Source: Gemmatimonadaceae bacterium (lineage in GTDB: Bacteria > Gemmatimonadota > Gemmatimonadetes > Gemmatimonadales > Gemmatimonadaceae). Taken from it: DNA of 64,000 nt. Made by a program: the position numbers and the translations under genes. Of this stretch, positions 8,939-19,055 are shown piece after piece. The notes under the pieces are model-generated. The model saw nothing but the letters and a program-made list of their open reading frames with translations, did not search any database and was not told the origin of the DNA. Within the stretch, counting starts at the first letter, position 1. Each line of letters opens with the position of its first letter. Location: the NCBI GenBank assembly GCA_044224875.1, contig JBGAJQ010000001.1, positions 224,125 through 288,124 on the forward strand. Direction: 5' to 3'.

Positions 8939-11685
8939 TGCGAGGTTGGGAAAGGCGAAGGGAGCACTGCCACAGGGCCGCGGGCAGAGGCGACAATAAT
9001 CTGCCGGATGAGGCGGCCGGACGGAACCGACTTCCTTCCCATTCTCGCCTTCGAGACCGTACGCAATCCCCCACTCGCCAGTCGGGGGCGCGATGGCGCA
9101 ACTGCCCGACCCCCCCTGACATCGAGCGGCGCAGGCTTCTGCTGCGTTGAAGGTGTACGAGTCGCTCTGCGCAGACCGGTTAGGTACCTAACTAATCGGA
9201 CTCGACCGCGTCCAATTGAGCAGCCTTCCCTGTGGTTGCCGCGCTGGCCTTGCGCGGTCTCTTCTTACGAGTGTCAGGATGCAAAGATCTACGATCATCT
9301 CCGGAGTCGCCGTCGTCGCTGCGGCGGCGGCCGGCCTGTGGTTCTTCGGTCGAGCGGATGCACGGGACCTAACGAGCTTCCGATTTGTCGAGGTGGACAA
9401 GGGCGACATCCAGGCCACTGTGGCCTCCACGGGAAAGCTTCGGGCCGTCACGACGGTACAGGTCGGGACACAGGTGTCGGGCCAGGTAGCAGGCATCTAT
9501 GTCGACTTCAACGACCGGGTGAAGAAGGGTCAACTCATCGCCCGGATCGACCCCACACTCCTCGAGCAGGCCGTGCGCGACGCCGAGGCCACCGTGGAGC
9601 GCTCGAACGCCGAGCTGGCCAATGCCCAGCGCGCCTTCGATCGGAATAAGCAACTCTACGAGCGCAAGGTGCTCACGGAGAGCGAGTACTCGACCACGCA
9701 GTATCAGCTGGCTGTGGCCCAGGCCAACCTCAAATCCGCGCAGGTCAACATGGACCGTGCGCGTCGCAACCTTGCCTACACCAGCATTTACGCGCCTATC
9801 GACGGCATCGTCGTCGAGCGGAATGTGGATGTGGGGCAGACGGTCGCCGCCTCGCTCTCCGCGCCGCAACTGTTCCTGATCGCCAACGACCTTTCTGAAA
9901 TGTGGATATTGGCGTCGGTCGACGAGAGCGACATCGGCACCATTGCCGAGGGGCAGCCGGTCCGGTTCACGGTTCAGGCATATCCCAGTCGTACGTTCAA
10001 TGGCGTCGTTCGTCAGGTCCGGTTGCAGTCGGCGGTGACCGAGAATGTCGTGAACTACACCGTCGTGATCGACGTAAAGAACACGGATGGCAAGTTGCTC
10101 CCGGGAATGACGGCGACCGTGGATTTTCTCGTGGGATCTGCGACCGACGTCTTCCGTGTTCCGAATGCGGCGCTGCGCTTCCGACCCACAGCGGACCAGA
10201 TCTACAAAGCCAGCGAACGGCAGCGTACCGAAGCGTCGTCGTCCAGTCGCCCATCGATGACGGGGAGGTCGTCACGCGCTTGGCGTCGCCCACGCGAATC
10301 CAGGCGGACTCCATCGGCCCACCCTGAGCGATGAGCGGGTGACTGGCCAAGGCGGTCACGAAACCGAGGACGCCAACAGAAAAGGCACGAGTTCGCGAAG
10401 TCGTTGCGGTGCGACGCATTGCGGGGTCGGGAAAGGCGAGGAGGCCGGCAACAATCAGGCTCGGGGCGGGCGACCATAATCTGCCGGATGAGGCGGCTGG
10501 ACGGAACTGATGTCCTTCCCACCAGCGCCTTCGGTTTCGTACGCCGCAATCCCGCACGGGCTCGTCAGGGCGACACTGGCGTACCTGCCCAACGCTCCCC
10601 GACATCGAGCGACCCGGAGTTCTACTGCGTTCAGGGTATACGAGGCATGGAGTGCCAGCTGGCTCGCGCACCTAACTAATCGGGCTCGGCAGCGTCCAAC
10701 CCGGCAGTCGTTTCCGTGGTCGTGCCATTGGCCGCGCGGTCCTTTTTCAAGAGTCGCAGATGCAAAGATCTACCGTCATCGCCAGTGTCGCGGTTGTCGT
10801 CGCGGCCGGTGCCGGCTTGTGGTTCTTCAGCCGGGCCGATGCGCCAGTGACCTAACGAGTTTTCGCTTTGTAGAGGTGGACAAGGGCGACATACGGTCAC
10901 TGTGGCCTCCACGGGAAAGTTGCGGGCGGTCACCACGGTGCGGGTCGGAACGCAGGTGTCGAAGACAGGTCGCCGGCATCTATGTCGACTTCAACGACCG
11001 GGTGAAGAAGGGTCAACTCATCGCGCGCATCGACCCCACCTTGCTCGAACAGGCCGTTCGCGACGCCGAAGCCACGGTGGAACGTTCGAACGCCGAGCTG
11101 GCCAATGCGCAGCGCGCCTTCGATCGAAACAAGCAACTCTACGAGCGCAAGGTGCTCACGGAGAAGCGAGTATTCGACCACGCGGTATCAGCTGGCCGTC
11201 GCCCAAGCCAACCTCAAATCCGCGCAGGTCAACATGGACCGTGCGCGTCGCAATCTGGCGTATACCAGCATTTATGCGCCTATCGATGGGATCGTCGTCG
11301 AGCGAAATGTGGATGTTGGGCAGACGGTCGCCGCCTCGCTCTCCGCGCCGCAACTGTTCCTGATCGCCAATGACCTGAGCGAGATGTGGATATTGGCGTC
11401 GGTCGATGAGAGCGACATCGGCACCATTGCCGAAGGGCAGCCGGTCCGTTTCACGGTTCAGGCCTATCCCAGTCGTACGTTCAATGGCGTCGTTCGTCAA
11501 GTACGGTTGCAGTCGGCGGTGACCGAGAATGTCGTGAACTACACCGTCGTGATCGACGTAAAGAACACGGATGGCAAGTTGCTCCGGAATGACGGCGACC
11601 GTGGATTTTCTCGTGGGATCTGCGACCGACGTCTTCCGTGTGCCGAATGCGGCGCTGCGCTTCCGACCCACGGCGGACAGATCGC
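8760..11685. repeat. Imperfect direct tandem duplication, offset ~1481 bp (copy A ~8760-10203, copy B ~10225-11685)
   Basis: Both copies hold the 5' end of the DUF5916 gene, the divergent intergenic region and the adaptor gene (ATG 9279 vs 10760). Boundaries approximate. Confidence 0.9.
9279..10334 (+). pseudogene. MacA/HlyD-type efflux periplasmic adaptor, copy A, intact to ~10203 then truncated by the duplication junction
   Basis: VQVGTQVSGQV, IYAPIDGIVVERNVDVGQTVAASL, KLLPGMTA; sequence after RFRPTADQI is unrelated to the adaptor tail. Confidence 0.8.
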
Positions 11686-12097
11686 CAAGCTGGGCGACAG
11701 CGCGGCGGTGCAAGCGCAAGCAGTCGGCGCGGCCGTGACAGCACCAGCACCGGTACGCCTAACGATACCACAAGGCGCCGGACGAACGCGGGATGGAACA
11801 CTCGCGCCGGGACCGACCAGGGCGTGAGCAACGGCGCCGCGGCAGCGAGTGGCGTTCGCGCCGGACGCGCCGGATCGTCGGCCACCCTGTGGTACATCGA
11901 CGCCGCCGGCAAATTGACGCCGATCCGCGTTCCACACCGGCGTCACCGACGGGAAGGTCACGGAGGTGCGCGGCACGGATCTCAAGGTCGGTTTGAAGGT
12001 GGTGTCGGGCATCGTGCTCAGCGCGCCCACATCAACCAGCCCCTTCCAGCAGACGACCACGCCACCCGGTGGGCCTGGCGGACCGCCTCGCTTCTAA
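10760..12097 (+). pseudogene. MacA/HlyD-type adaptor, copy B, full length but with multiple frameshifts
   Basis: Same peptides as copy A spread over three frames; carries the C-terminal part ending GGPPRF* just before the ABC ATPase. Confidence 0.8.
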
Positions 12098-12107
12098 TGG
12101 AGCGACG

Positions 12108-12866
12108 ATGACAGATCACGCGGTGATTCGCACGGAGTCGTTGACGCGCACCTACGATGCCGGTCGGAATCCGGTGCACGCCCTCCGTGCCGTGAACCTG
12201 ACGATCGAGCCGGGCGAGATGGTTGCCATCATGGGCGCGTCTGGATCCGGGAAGTCCACGCTCATGAATCTTCTTGGCTGCCTGGATACGGCGACCTCCG
12301 GCAGCTACTGGCTGGACGGCGTACGTGTTGACGGCATGGGTAAGAACGAGCGGGCCGATATCCGGAATCGCAAGATCGGGTTCGTCTTTCAGGGGTTCAA
12401 CCTGCTGTCGCGAACGTCGGCGCTCGACAACGTCGAACTGCCGTTGCTCTACGATCGCTCAGGAAGGCCGATGGACACGCGTGCCATGGCCATGCAGGCA
12501 CTGACGCGAGTTGGACTGGCAGACCGCGCCGAGCATCATCCCAGTGAGCTTTCCGGCGGCCAGCAACAACGTGTGGCCATCGCGCGCGCACTCGTGACCC
12601 AACCCGCACTGGTACTCGCCGACGAGCCGACAGGCAACCTGGATAGTCGTACGTCCATTGAGGTCATGGCACTCTTTCAGGAACTCAATGCGCAAGGCAT
12701 CACGATCATCATGGTGACGCACGAGCACGATATCGCTGACTACTGCAAGCGAGTCGTGGAAATGCGAGATGGCCGCATCGTGCGGGATGAACCCGTCATG
12801 GGGCGACATGTTGCCTCCACTGACCTGCAGCGAATGAACGATCCCGAAGTGGAGGCCCCGGTATGA
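12108..12866 (+). CDS. ABC transporter ATP-binding protein (MacB/LolD-like)
   Basis: Walker [35 protein letters not shown]. Confidence 0.96.
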   Translation: MTDHAVIRTESLTRTYDAGRNPVHALRAVNLTIEPGEMVAIMGASGSGKSTLMNLLGCLDTATSGSYWLDGVRVDGMGKNERADIRNRKIGFVFQGFNLLSRTSALDNVELPLLYDRSGRPMDTRAMAMQALTRVGLADRAEHHPSELSGGQQQRVAIARALVTQPALVLADEPTGNLDSRTSIEVMALFQELNAQGITIIMVTHEHDIADYCKRVVEMRDGRIVRDEPVMGRHVASTDLQRMNDPEVEAPV

Positions 12867-14080
12867 GGCGCGCAACACTGCTCAAGGTCGCTGGCGAGAG
12901 CATCCTCAAGAACAAGCTGCGCACGTTGCTCACGATGCTCGGCATCGTGATCGGCGTCGGCGCCGTGATCGTGATGGTCGCCGTGGGGCAGGGCGCACGA
13001 TCGCAGATTGCGAAGCAGATTGCTGCCCTTGGCACCAACATGATTGTCATCACGCCCGGCGCATCCACGCAGGGAGGAGTGAGCCAAGGGGCACAGTCGT
13101 TCAACCGGCTCACGACGACCGACGTGGAGAAGCTGATGCGCGAGTCGGCCACCACGTCGCTGGTGTCGCCGGTCGTAGTCACGCGCACGCAGGCCATCGG
13201 CGGCGGTTCGAACTGGCGGACCAGCATCAATGGGGTGTCCGTGGAGTACCAGCAGATTCGCGACTGGCAGGCATCGCAAGGCGGGTTCTTCACCGATCAG
13301 GACCAGCGAACGAGTCGTAAGGTGGCTGTACTGGGTTCCACCGTGGCGAGTAACCTGTATCCCGGTGGCGACGCGGTCGGCCAGTCGATCCAACTGCGGG
13401 ACGTCCCGTTCGAGATTGTTGGGGTGCTGGCCAGCAAGGGTCAGTCCGCCAGCGGTATCGACCAGGATGACGTCATTCTCGTCCCGTATACCACAGCGCA
13501 GACGAAGCTGAGTGGTCACACATTCATCCCGCAGATCGTAGCAGCAACTGCATCGGCCGCTGATCTCCCAGCCGCCCAAACGGAGATCCGCGCGATCATG
13601 CGCGAGTCCCATCGGCTGGGCGCGTCCGACGATGACGACTTCACGGTGCGAAACCAGGCCGACTTGGCCACCGCGGCAACCACTACCACCGATGTCATGT
13701 CGACCCTGTTGGCGTCGATTGCCGCGGTTTCGCTGCTGGTGGGTGGCATCGGCATCATGAACATCATGCTGGTCTCCGTCACCGAACGCACGCGGGAGAT
13801 CGGAATCCGCATGGCGTTAGGCGCACGAGGCGGCGACGTGCTGACGCAGTTCCTCGTGGAAAGCGTTGTCATGAGCCTCGTCGGTGGGGTCATCGGGATC
13901 GCCGTCGGCGTGGCGTCGGCGTCCATCCTGGGCCAGGCCACAGGCTGGAAGACGGAAGTTTCCACGCAGGCGGTGGTGATTGCAGTGGCCTTCTCCGCCG
14001 CCGTCGGCGTCTTCTTCGGGTTTCATCCGGCGCGACGTGCCGCGTCGCTCGACCCCATTCAAGCCCTTCGCTACGAATAA
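12863..14080 (+). CDS. ABC transporter permease (MacB/FtsX family)
   Basis: [48 protein letters not shown]. Confidence 0.96.
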   Translation: MRRATLLKVAGESILKNKLRTLLTMLGIVIGVGAVIVMVAVGQGARSQIAKQIAALGTNMIVITPGASTQGGVSQGAQSFNRLTTTDVEKLMRESATTSLVSPVVVTRTQAIGGGSNWRTSINGVSVEYQQIRDWQASQGGFFTDQDQRTSRKVAVLGSTVASNLYPGGDAVGQSIQLRDVPFEIVGVLASKGQSASGIDQDDVILVPYTTAQTKLSGHTFIPQIVAATASAADLPAAQTEIRAIMRESHRLGASDDDDFTVRNQADLATAATTTTDVMSTLLASIAAVSLLVGGIGIMNIMLVSVTERTREIGIRMALGARGGDVLTQFLVESVVMSLVGGVIGIAVGVASASILGQATGWKTEVSTQAVVIAVAFSAAVGVFFGFHPARRAASLDPIQALRYE

Positions 14081-14135
14081 ACCATGCGTGGCCGTGTCGT
14101 TAGCAGCGCCGCGGTCATCTGACACGCCTTCCACA

Positions 14136-15491
14136 ATGTCCATCTGCCCAACTCGCCGACTCATCCAGCTGTTGTCTCTGGCGGTGATGAGCGTCGGCGC
14201 TCGAGTCGCTTTGGCGCAATCGCCACGGGTCATCACGTTTGACGACGCGGTGAAGACCGCGCTCGCGCAGAGCAACGTCATTCGGCTCGCCAAGAACGCG
14301 AACGACCTCACCGATGCCAACGTGCGTCAAGCGCGTGCGCAGTTTCTTCCCGACGTCCGACTGTCGACACAGGGTGCCCAAAACTACGGACGGTTCTTCT
14401 CCAGCGACGAAGGGAAGATCCTCAACACGCAAACGCAATCCTTCAATACCGGCCTCTCGTCTAGCCTGGTGCTCTTCAATGGGATGGCCAACAAGTTGAA
14501 CGTGTCGGCCGCGAAGGCGAATCGTGAGGCGTCGGAGTATGACCTGAGCAGGTCTCGCGAGACCGTCGTCTTCACGGTGCTCTCCAACTACCTCACGCTC
14601 ATCGAACAGCAAGAACAGCTGCGGGTCAGCCGTCAGAGCCTGGCCGCGCAAGATACGCTGGAGCGGCAGGTGCAGGAGTTCGTGAATGCCGGAACGCGCT
14701 CGATTGCCGATCTGTACCAGCAGCAAGCCGGTGTGGCCAGCGCTCGCCTGACCGTGGTACAGGGGGAACGCGCGGTCGAGCTGGCGAAGGTGGACCTGAT
14801 CCAGACGTTGAAGCTGGACCCGGCAGGCGTTTACGAGTTTCAGTTTCCTCCGGTAGACTCGGCCGCTCCCGCACGATCGCTCGACGTGAACGCCTTGGTG
14901 TCGCGCGCCCTCCAACAGCGCCGCGACGTGGACGCCGAACAATCCCGCGTGAACGCCGCGCAAAAGCAGCTGCAGTCGGCGGGCGCGACCGTGTGGCCCA
15001 CCCTGTCACTGAACCTGGGCTACAACTCCAGCTACGCCAGCTCAAACCAGACCTCGTTCCTGAGCCAGCTGGATCAGCGACGTGGCGGCTCCTTCGGACT
15101 CAGCCTGTCGATTCCGATCTTCGACCGCTATTCGACGCGCATCAACTCTGAACGAGCCCAAATCGGGCAGCAGAACGCGGAGATCGCCTTGGACGACGTG
15201 CGCCAGCAGGTGGCCCTGCAGGTGAAGCGTGCCACCCTGGACTACGTGTCGGCTGGCGCTCAGCTGGACGCGGCGTTGGCGCAGACGCGCGCCGCAGAGC
15301 TGGCACTCCAAGCTGCGCAGGAACGATACTTGGCGGGCGCCGCGACCCTCGTCGAAGTCACTCAAGCGCGCGCGACGAGCGTGCAAGCCGCGAGTGCACT
15401 CGTGAGCGCTCGCTACAACCTGCTCTTCCAGGGAAAACTGCTCGACTACTACGTGGGCGACCTCGACCCCAAGTCGGTGCGGCTGAACTAG
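14136..15491 (+). CDS. TolC-family outer-membrane efflux protein
   Basis: Signal peptide, two OEP-like repeats, LSLSIPIFD, ERYLAG; start uncertain. Confidence 0.9.
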   Translation: MSICPTRRLIQLLSLAVMSVGARVALAQSPRVITFDDAVKTALAQSNVIRLAKNANDLTDANVRQARAQFLPDVRLSTQGAQNYGRFFSSDEGKILNTQTQSFNTGLSSSLVLFNGMANKLNVSAAKANREASEYDLSRSRETVVFTVLSNYLTLIEQQEQLRVSRQSLAAQDTLERQVQEFVNAGTRSIADLYQQQAGVASARLTVVQGERAVELAKVDLIQTLKLDPAGVYEFQFPPVDSAAPARSLDVNALVSRALQQRRDVDAEQSRVNAAQKQLQSAGATVWPTLSLNLGYNSSYASSNQTSFLSQLDQRRGGSFGLSLSIPIFDRYSTRINSERAQIGQQNAEIALDDVRQQVALQVKRATLDYVSAGAQLDAALAQTRAAELALQAAQERYLAGAATLVEVTQARATSVQAASALVSARYNLLFQGKLLDYYVGDLDPKSVRLN

Positions 15492-15552
15492 CCCACGAGC
15501 CCGACCGCCATCGCTATTTTCGAGGGAGGTCTCAACACGGACGCACCTCTCG

Positions 15553-16125
15553 GTGAAGCACTGGCGTCGCTGGATAACGGTTGGCAACGCGCTTACGCTC
15601 ATTGTGCTGTTGTGGGCGACGCCACGATTGCTGCCGCACGTGGGCGCTGTGCTCGGCGTGCGATCTGGTGTGCCGATCGCTCCGTCATTCGCCGTGCGAG
15701 CGCTCGATGGCACGTCGTTGACGTCCGATTCGCTGCGTGGCCAGGTGGTGTTGGTGAATTTCTGGGCCACCTGGTGCATACCGTGCCGAGTGGAGATGCC
15801 GCTCCTGCAAAGCATGGCGGATCGGCATCGCAGTGCCGGGCTACGCGTCCTCGGATTCTCCGTGGATCGCGGCGATCCCGCCCGTGTCAGGGCGTACGTC
15901 CACGACCGCGGGATCACGTATCCGGTCGCGATCGTCGATCAAGAGATTGAGCGCGCCTTTGGCGGTGTTCGTGGGTACCCAACGTCGTTTCTGTTGGATC
16001 GCTCCGGAGTGATCCAGAATGCCGTCATCGGTCCGCTGGCCCCGGCGACCCTTGAATTGGCGGTGCGTCGGCTAATGGACGAACCACGACCTCGGGACGC
16101 CCTTCCACGCGATAGCGCACGTTAG
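15553..16125 (+). CDS. TlpA-family thiol-disulfide oxidoreductase
   Basis: VVLVNFWATWCIPCRVEMP, GYPTSFLLD. Confidence 0.93.
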   Translation: MKHWRRWITVGNALTLIVLLWATPRLLPHVGAVLGVRSGVPIAPSFAVRALDGTSLTSDSLRGQVVLVNFWATWCIPCRVEMPLLQSMADRHRSAGLRVLGFSVDRGDPARVRAYVHDRGITYPVAIVDQEIERAFGGVRGYPTSFLLDRSGVIQNAVIGPLAPATLELAVRRLMDEPRPRDALPRDSAR

Positions 16126-16133
16126 GCGTGCTC

Positions 16134-16643
16134 TTACGGCGCGGCAGCGCGCGAGGGTACGTCGACAATCTGCGGTGCGTGCCCTGTAACACCCAGGAAT
16201 CGTACCAGGTCGTCGCGGGTGAGTACGAGCGTGCTGGTGTTGACGAGCGGATGGCAGCGAACGGGCGCGCCGCTCCACACGTCGCGGTCGATCAGGAGCG
16301 TTACTTCGCGGTGGTGGTCGTTGATCAGGGCGAGGATGGTAACCGCCCCGGGAGTGACGCCAAGGTACTTCTGGAGACGTTCGGGAGAGCCGAGGCTCAG
16401 GGTATCGACGTCTAACAGGGCGGCCACCCGCTTGAGGTCCACCGACTTTTCGCACGTGGTAACGAGCAGCCAGTGCTTCTTGCCCCGTTTGTCCCGAAGG
16501 AACAGGTTCTTCGCGTGGACGGCGCCTTCCGAAGCTGGGACGACTGGATCCGCCTGTTCGCAGGTAAACACGGCCTCGTGGTCATAGCGCCGGTACGGGA
16601 TGGCGTTCGCGTTGAGTAAGTCGAACAATCCGTCAATTGACAT
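16134..16643 (-). CDS. YbaK/ProX(PrdX)-family aminoacyl-tRNA editing protein
   Basis: HAKNLFLRDK, LGVTPGAVT, CHPLVNT. Confidence 0.9.
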   Translation of the reverse strand: MSIDGLFDLLNANAIPYRRYDHEAVFTCEQADPVVPASEGAVHAKNLFLRDKRGKKHWLLVTTCEKSVDLKRVAALLDVDTLSLGSPERLQKYLGVTPGAVTILALINDHHREVTLLIDRDVWSGAPVRCHPLVNTSTLVLTRDDLVRFLGVTGHAPQIVDVPSRAAAP

Positions 16644-16736
16644 GTGGCTCTAGCAGGAGTCGGTTATGGCTAGCCATCCCGGTGAGTGGGAACGAGAGGC
16701 ACTTGCGCAAGTCGTTCAGGCAAATAATATTCAGTC

Positions 16737-17204
16737 ATGAATTATACGACGCCGTCGCAACCTGACGCAGCTGGGGATAGCGGAGAGCCTCAGGCATCCG
16801 CAGGCTCCGAGCTGATGTTCTCGGTCATAGCGGCTGCTCGGTCGATTGAGGAGCGGGTCGAGGGTGCACTTTCCGAATTGAGCCTGTCTCTCTCAAAGCT
16901 TACGGTACTCACGAAACTTGTCGAGGCGCAGGAACCACTGACGCTCAGCGAGATCGCGACTCGGCTGGCCTGCGTTCGTTCGAATGTCACTCAGCTCGTT
17001 GATCGACTGGAGGCGGATGGTTTGGTGCGGCGAGTGGAGCACTCGTCCGACCGACGGAGCATTCGGGCGGAGCTGACAGCGGAGGGAAGGGATCGGCAGA
17101 AACAGGGCTCGGCCGTCCTGGCGGATATCGCCACGCGCGTCGCCGATGGGATGGGATCAGGCGAACGTCTTGCCCTGGTTGGTCTGCTTTCCAAGCTCGG
17201 GTAG
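16737..17204 (+). CDS. MarR-family transcriptional regulator
   Basis: wHTH SNVTQLVDRLEADGLVRR...DRRS...LTAEG. Confidence 0.93.
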   Translation: MNYTTPSQPDAAGDSGEPQASAGSELMFSVIAAARSIEERVEGALSELSLSLSKLTVLTKLVEAQEPLTLSEIATRLACVRSNVTQLVDRLEADGLVRRVEHSSDRRSIRAELTAEGRDRQKQGSAVLADIATRVADGMGSGERLALVGLLSKLG

Positions 17205-17300
17205 CGTTTTTTTCCACAAACAATTCATCACTGCATTTTCTATACAAGCACTATACATAGGCGTATTTCCTGAACAGGTAACCGAACGAGGAGAAGACCA

Positions 17301-17855
17301 ATGACGACGGCCACCAGACCCACTTCAACGCAATGGCAGATCGACGACTCGCATACAAACGCGCAGTTCTCGGTCCGGCACCTGATGATCTCCACTGTTC
17401 GCGGGCGCTTTGCCCAGGTCAGCGGGCAAGTGTCTTACGACCCTTCCAGTCCCAAAGCGGTCGACGTCCGTGTAGAGATTCCGGTGGCCTCGATTAACAC
17501 GCACAACGAGCAGCGCGACAGTCACTTGAAGTCGCCCGACTTCTTTGATGCGGCGAACCACCCGACGATCACGTTCGTCGGCTCCCGTATCGTGGGCGAT
17601 GTTTCCGGAGCGTTTGAGCTGGTTGGCGAGCTGACGATTCGCGGAGTGACGAAGCCCATCACGCTGAAGGTGTCGAACGAAGGGACTGGCAACGATCCGT
17701 GGGGCAATGAGCGCATGGGCTTTAGCGCCGTCGGCAAGCTGAACCGGCTTGAGTTCGGTCTCCACTGGAATGCGGCGCTCGAGACTGGTGGCATGGTCGT
17801 GAGCGACGAGGTAAAGCTGGAGATCGATGTGGAGATCATGCGACCGAAGGCCTAG
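17301..17855 (+). CDS. YceI-family protein
   Basis: WQIDDSHT, FSVRHLMISTVRGRF, RDSHLKSPDFFD, DPWG; GAGGAG RBS. Confidence 0.95.
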   Translation: MTTATRPTSTQWQIDDSHTNAQFSVRHLMISTVRGRFAQVSGQVSYDPSSPKAVDVRVEIPVASINTHNEQRDSHLKSPDFFDAANHPTITFVGSRIVGDVSGAFELVGELTIRGVTKPITLKVSNEGTGNDPWGNERMGFSAVGKLNRLEFGLHWNAALETGGMVVSDEVKLEIDVEIMRPKA

Positions 17856-17894
17856 TTGATCGCCGGGCAATCAGCCCGAAGGCCCACCTCGCTC

Positions 17895-17934
17895 CACAAC
17901 GCCCTGGCGTCCCGTTCGTCGCCAGGGCGTTGTG
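17895..17934 (+). terminator. 15-bp stem hairpin after yceI
   Basis: CACAACGCCCTGGCG...CGCCAGGGCGTTGTG; weak U-tract. Confidence 0.55.
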
Positions 17935-17986
17935 TGTCTACAGGACCGGGCGCGGGAACCAAAGTGCGGCTGAATGAACTCGTGCG

Positions 17987-18559
17987 TTGGCAGGATTCAC
18001 GAACACATCGGAGGGTGAAGTGGAGCAGGCTACGTTAGGCGGCGGATGCTTCTGGTGCCTGGAAGCTGTGTACCTCGAACTGGAAGGCGTGAGCCGAGTG
18101 GTGAGTGGGTACACGGGAGGCCACGTGGCCAACCCGACCTATGAGGAGGTGTGCAGCAAGAAGACCGGACACGTCGAGGTCGTGCAGGTCACGTTTGACC
18201 CGGCGGTGGTGACGTATCGCGAGATCCTCGAGGTGTTTTTCGCCATCCACGACCCGACAACTTCGGATCGTCAGGGGAATGACGTTGGCCCGCAGTACCG
18301 TTCGGCCATCTTCACGCATTCGAAGGAACAGGAGCAGGTGGCGCGCGAGGTGATCGCAGAGCTTGAACGGGAGCAGATCTTCGGCGCACCGATTGTCACG
18401 GAGGTGCGGACGCTCGCTGAGTTTTATCCTGCGGAGTCCTACCATCAGGACTATTACCGACGAAACACTGCCCAGCCGTACTGCGCGTTCGTGGTATCGC
18501 CGAAGGTGGCGAAGTTTCGCCAGAAGTTTGCGCATCGGCTGCGAGCGGCCACCCGGTAG
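17987..18559 (+). CDS. msrA: Peptide-methionine (S)-S-oxide reductase
   Basis: GGGCFWC, HDPT, RQGNDVGPQYRS, FYPAESYHQDYY. Confidence 0.97.
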   Translation: MAGFTNTSEGEVEQATLGGGCFWCLEAVYLELEGVSRVVSGYTGGHVANPTYEEVCSKKTGHVEVVQVTFDPAVVTYREILEVFFAIHDPTTSDRQGNDVGPQYRSAIFTHSKEQEQVAREVIAELEREQIFGAPIVTEVRTLAEFYPAESYHQDYYRRNTAQPYCAFVVSPKVAKFRQKFAHRLRAATR

Positions 18560-18577
18560 TTAGGCGACCAGCGTGGA

Positions 18578-19009
18578 CTAGTACGAAAAAAGTTGCTCGC
18601 CGATGGTCGCGAAGGAATTCTCATCCACGAGGAGCCCCAGGCGGACGAGATACATCTGGCCGCTGGTCAGTGGGAACGGTCCGTAGTCCTGCAGCATGCC
18701 GTCGGGGACAACACCGTAGCGAACTGGCGGGGGGAATCGGCCGGTGTCTGCCTTTACGATCCAGTAGACGGTGCCACGGTCAGGGCTGGTGACCTCGAGA
18801 TATGTGGCACCGCACGCGGGCGTCCAGGCGAACGTCGGCGGAAGGCTCTTGCCGACGGTCATCGGGACCTGCGACGAACAGAGCACTAGCAGCTTTGGCG
18901 CCGGCTCGGTGGATTCGCTGCATGCCGCCAGCAGCAACGCCACAGCGGCGCCGGCCAGGCGTCGGGCGATATGGCCTCGCGTCGTCGAACGTTGTGACCC
19001 AGCGATCAT
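18578..19009 (-). CDS. Hypothetical lipoprotein
   Basis: LAGAAVALLLAA-C lipobox; start trimmed to avoid overlap with the upstream gene. Confidence 0.7.
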   Translation of the reverse strand: MIAGSQRSTTRGHIARRLAGAAVALLLAACSESTEPAPKLLVLCSSQVPMTVGKSLPPTFAWTPACGATYLEVTSPDRGTVYWIVKADTGRFPPPVRYGVVPDGMLQDYGPFPLTSGQMYLVRLGLLVDENSFATIGEQLFSY

Positions 19010-19055
19010 GGTCACTATGGTATACCCTGGCGACCTGGGCTGGCGGTTAACTGCG

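Noticed and set aside
18559..18565. Isolated GTTAGGC/GCCTAAC near gene ends (also 16121, 32422, 43233, 52048) as attC sites
   Set aside because: No paired boxes or hairpin; the hexamer is common throughout the window.
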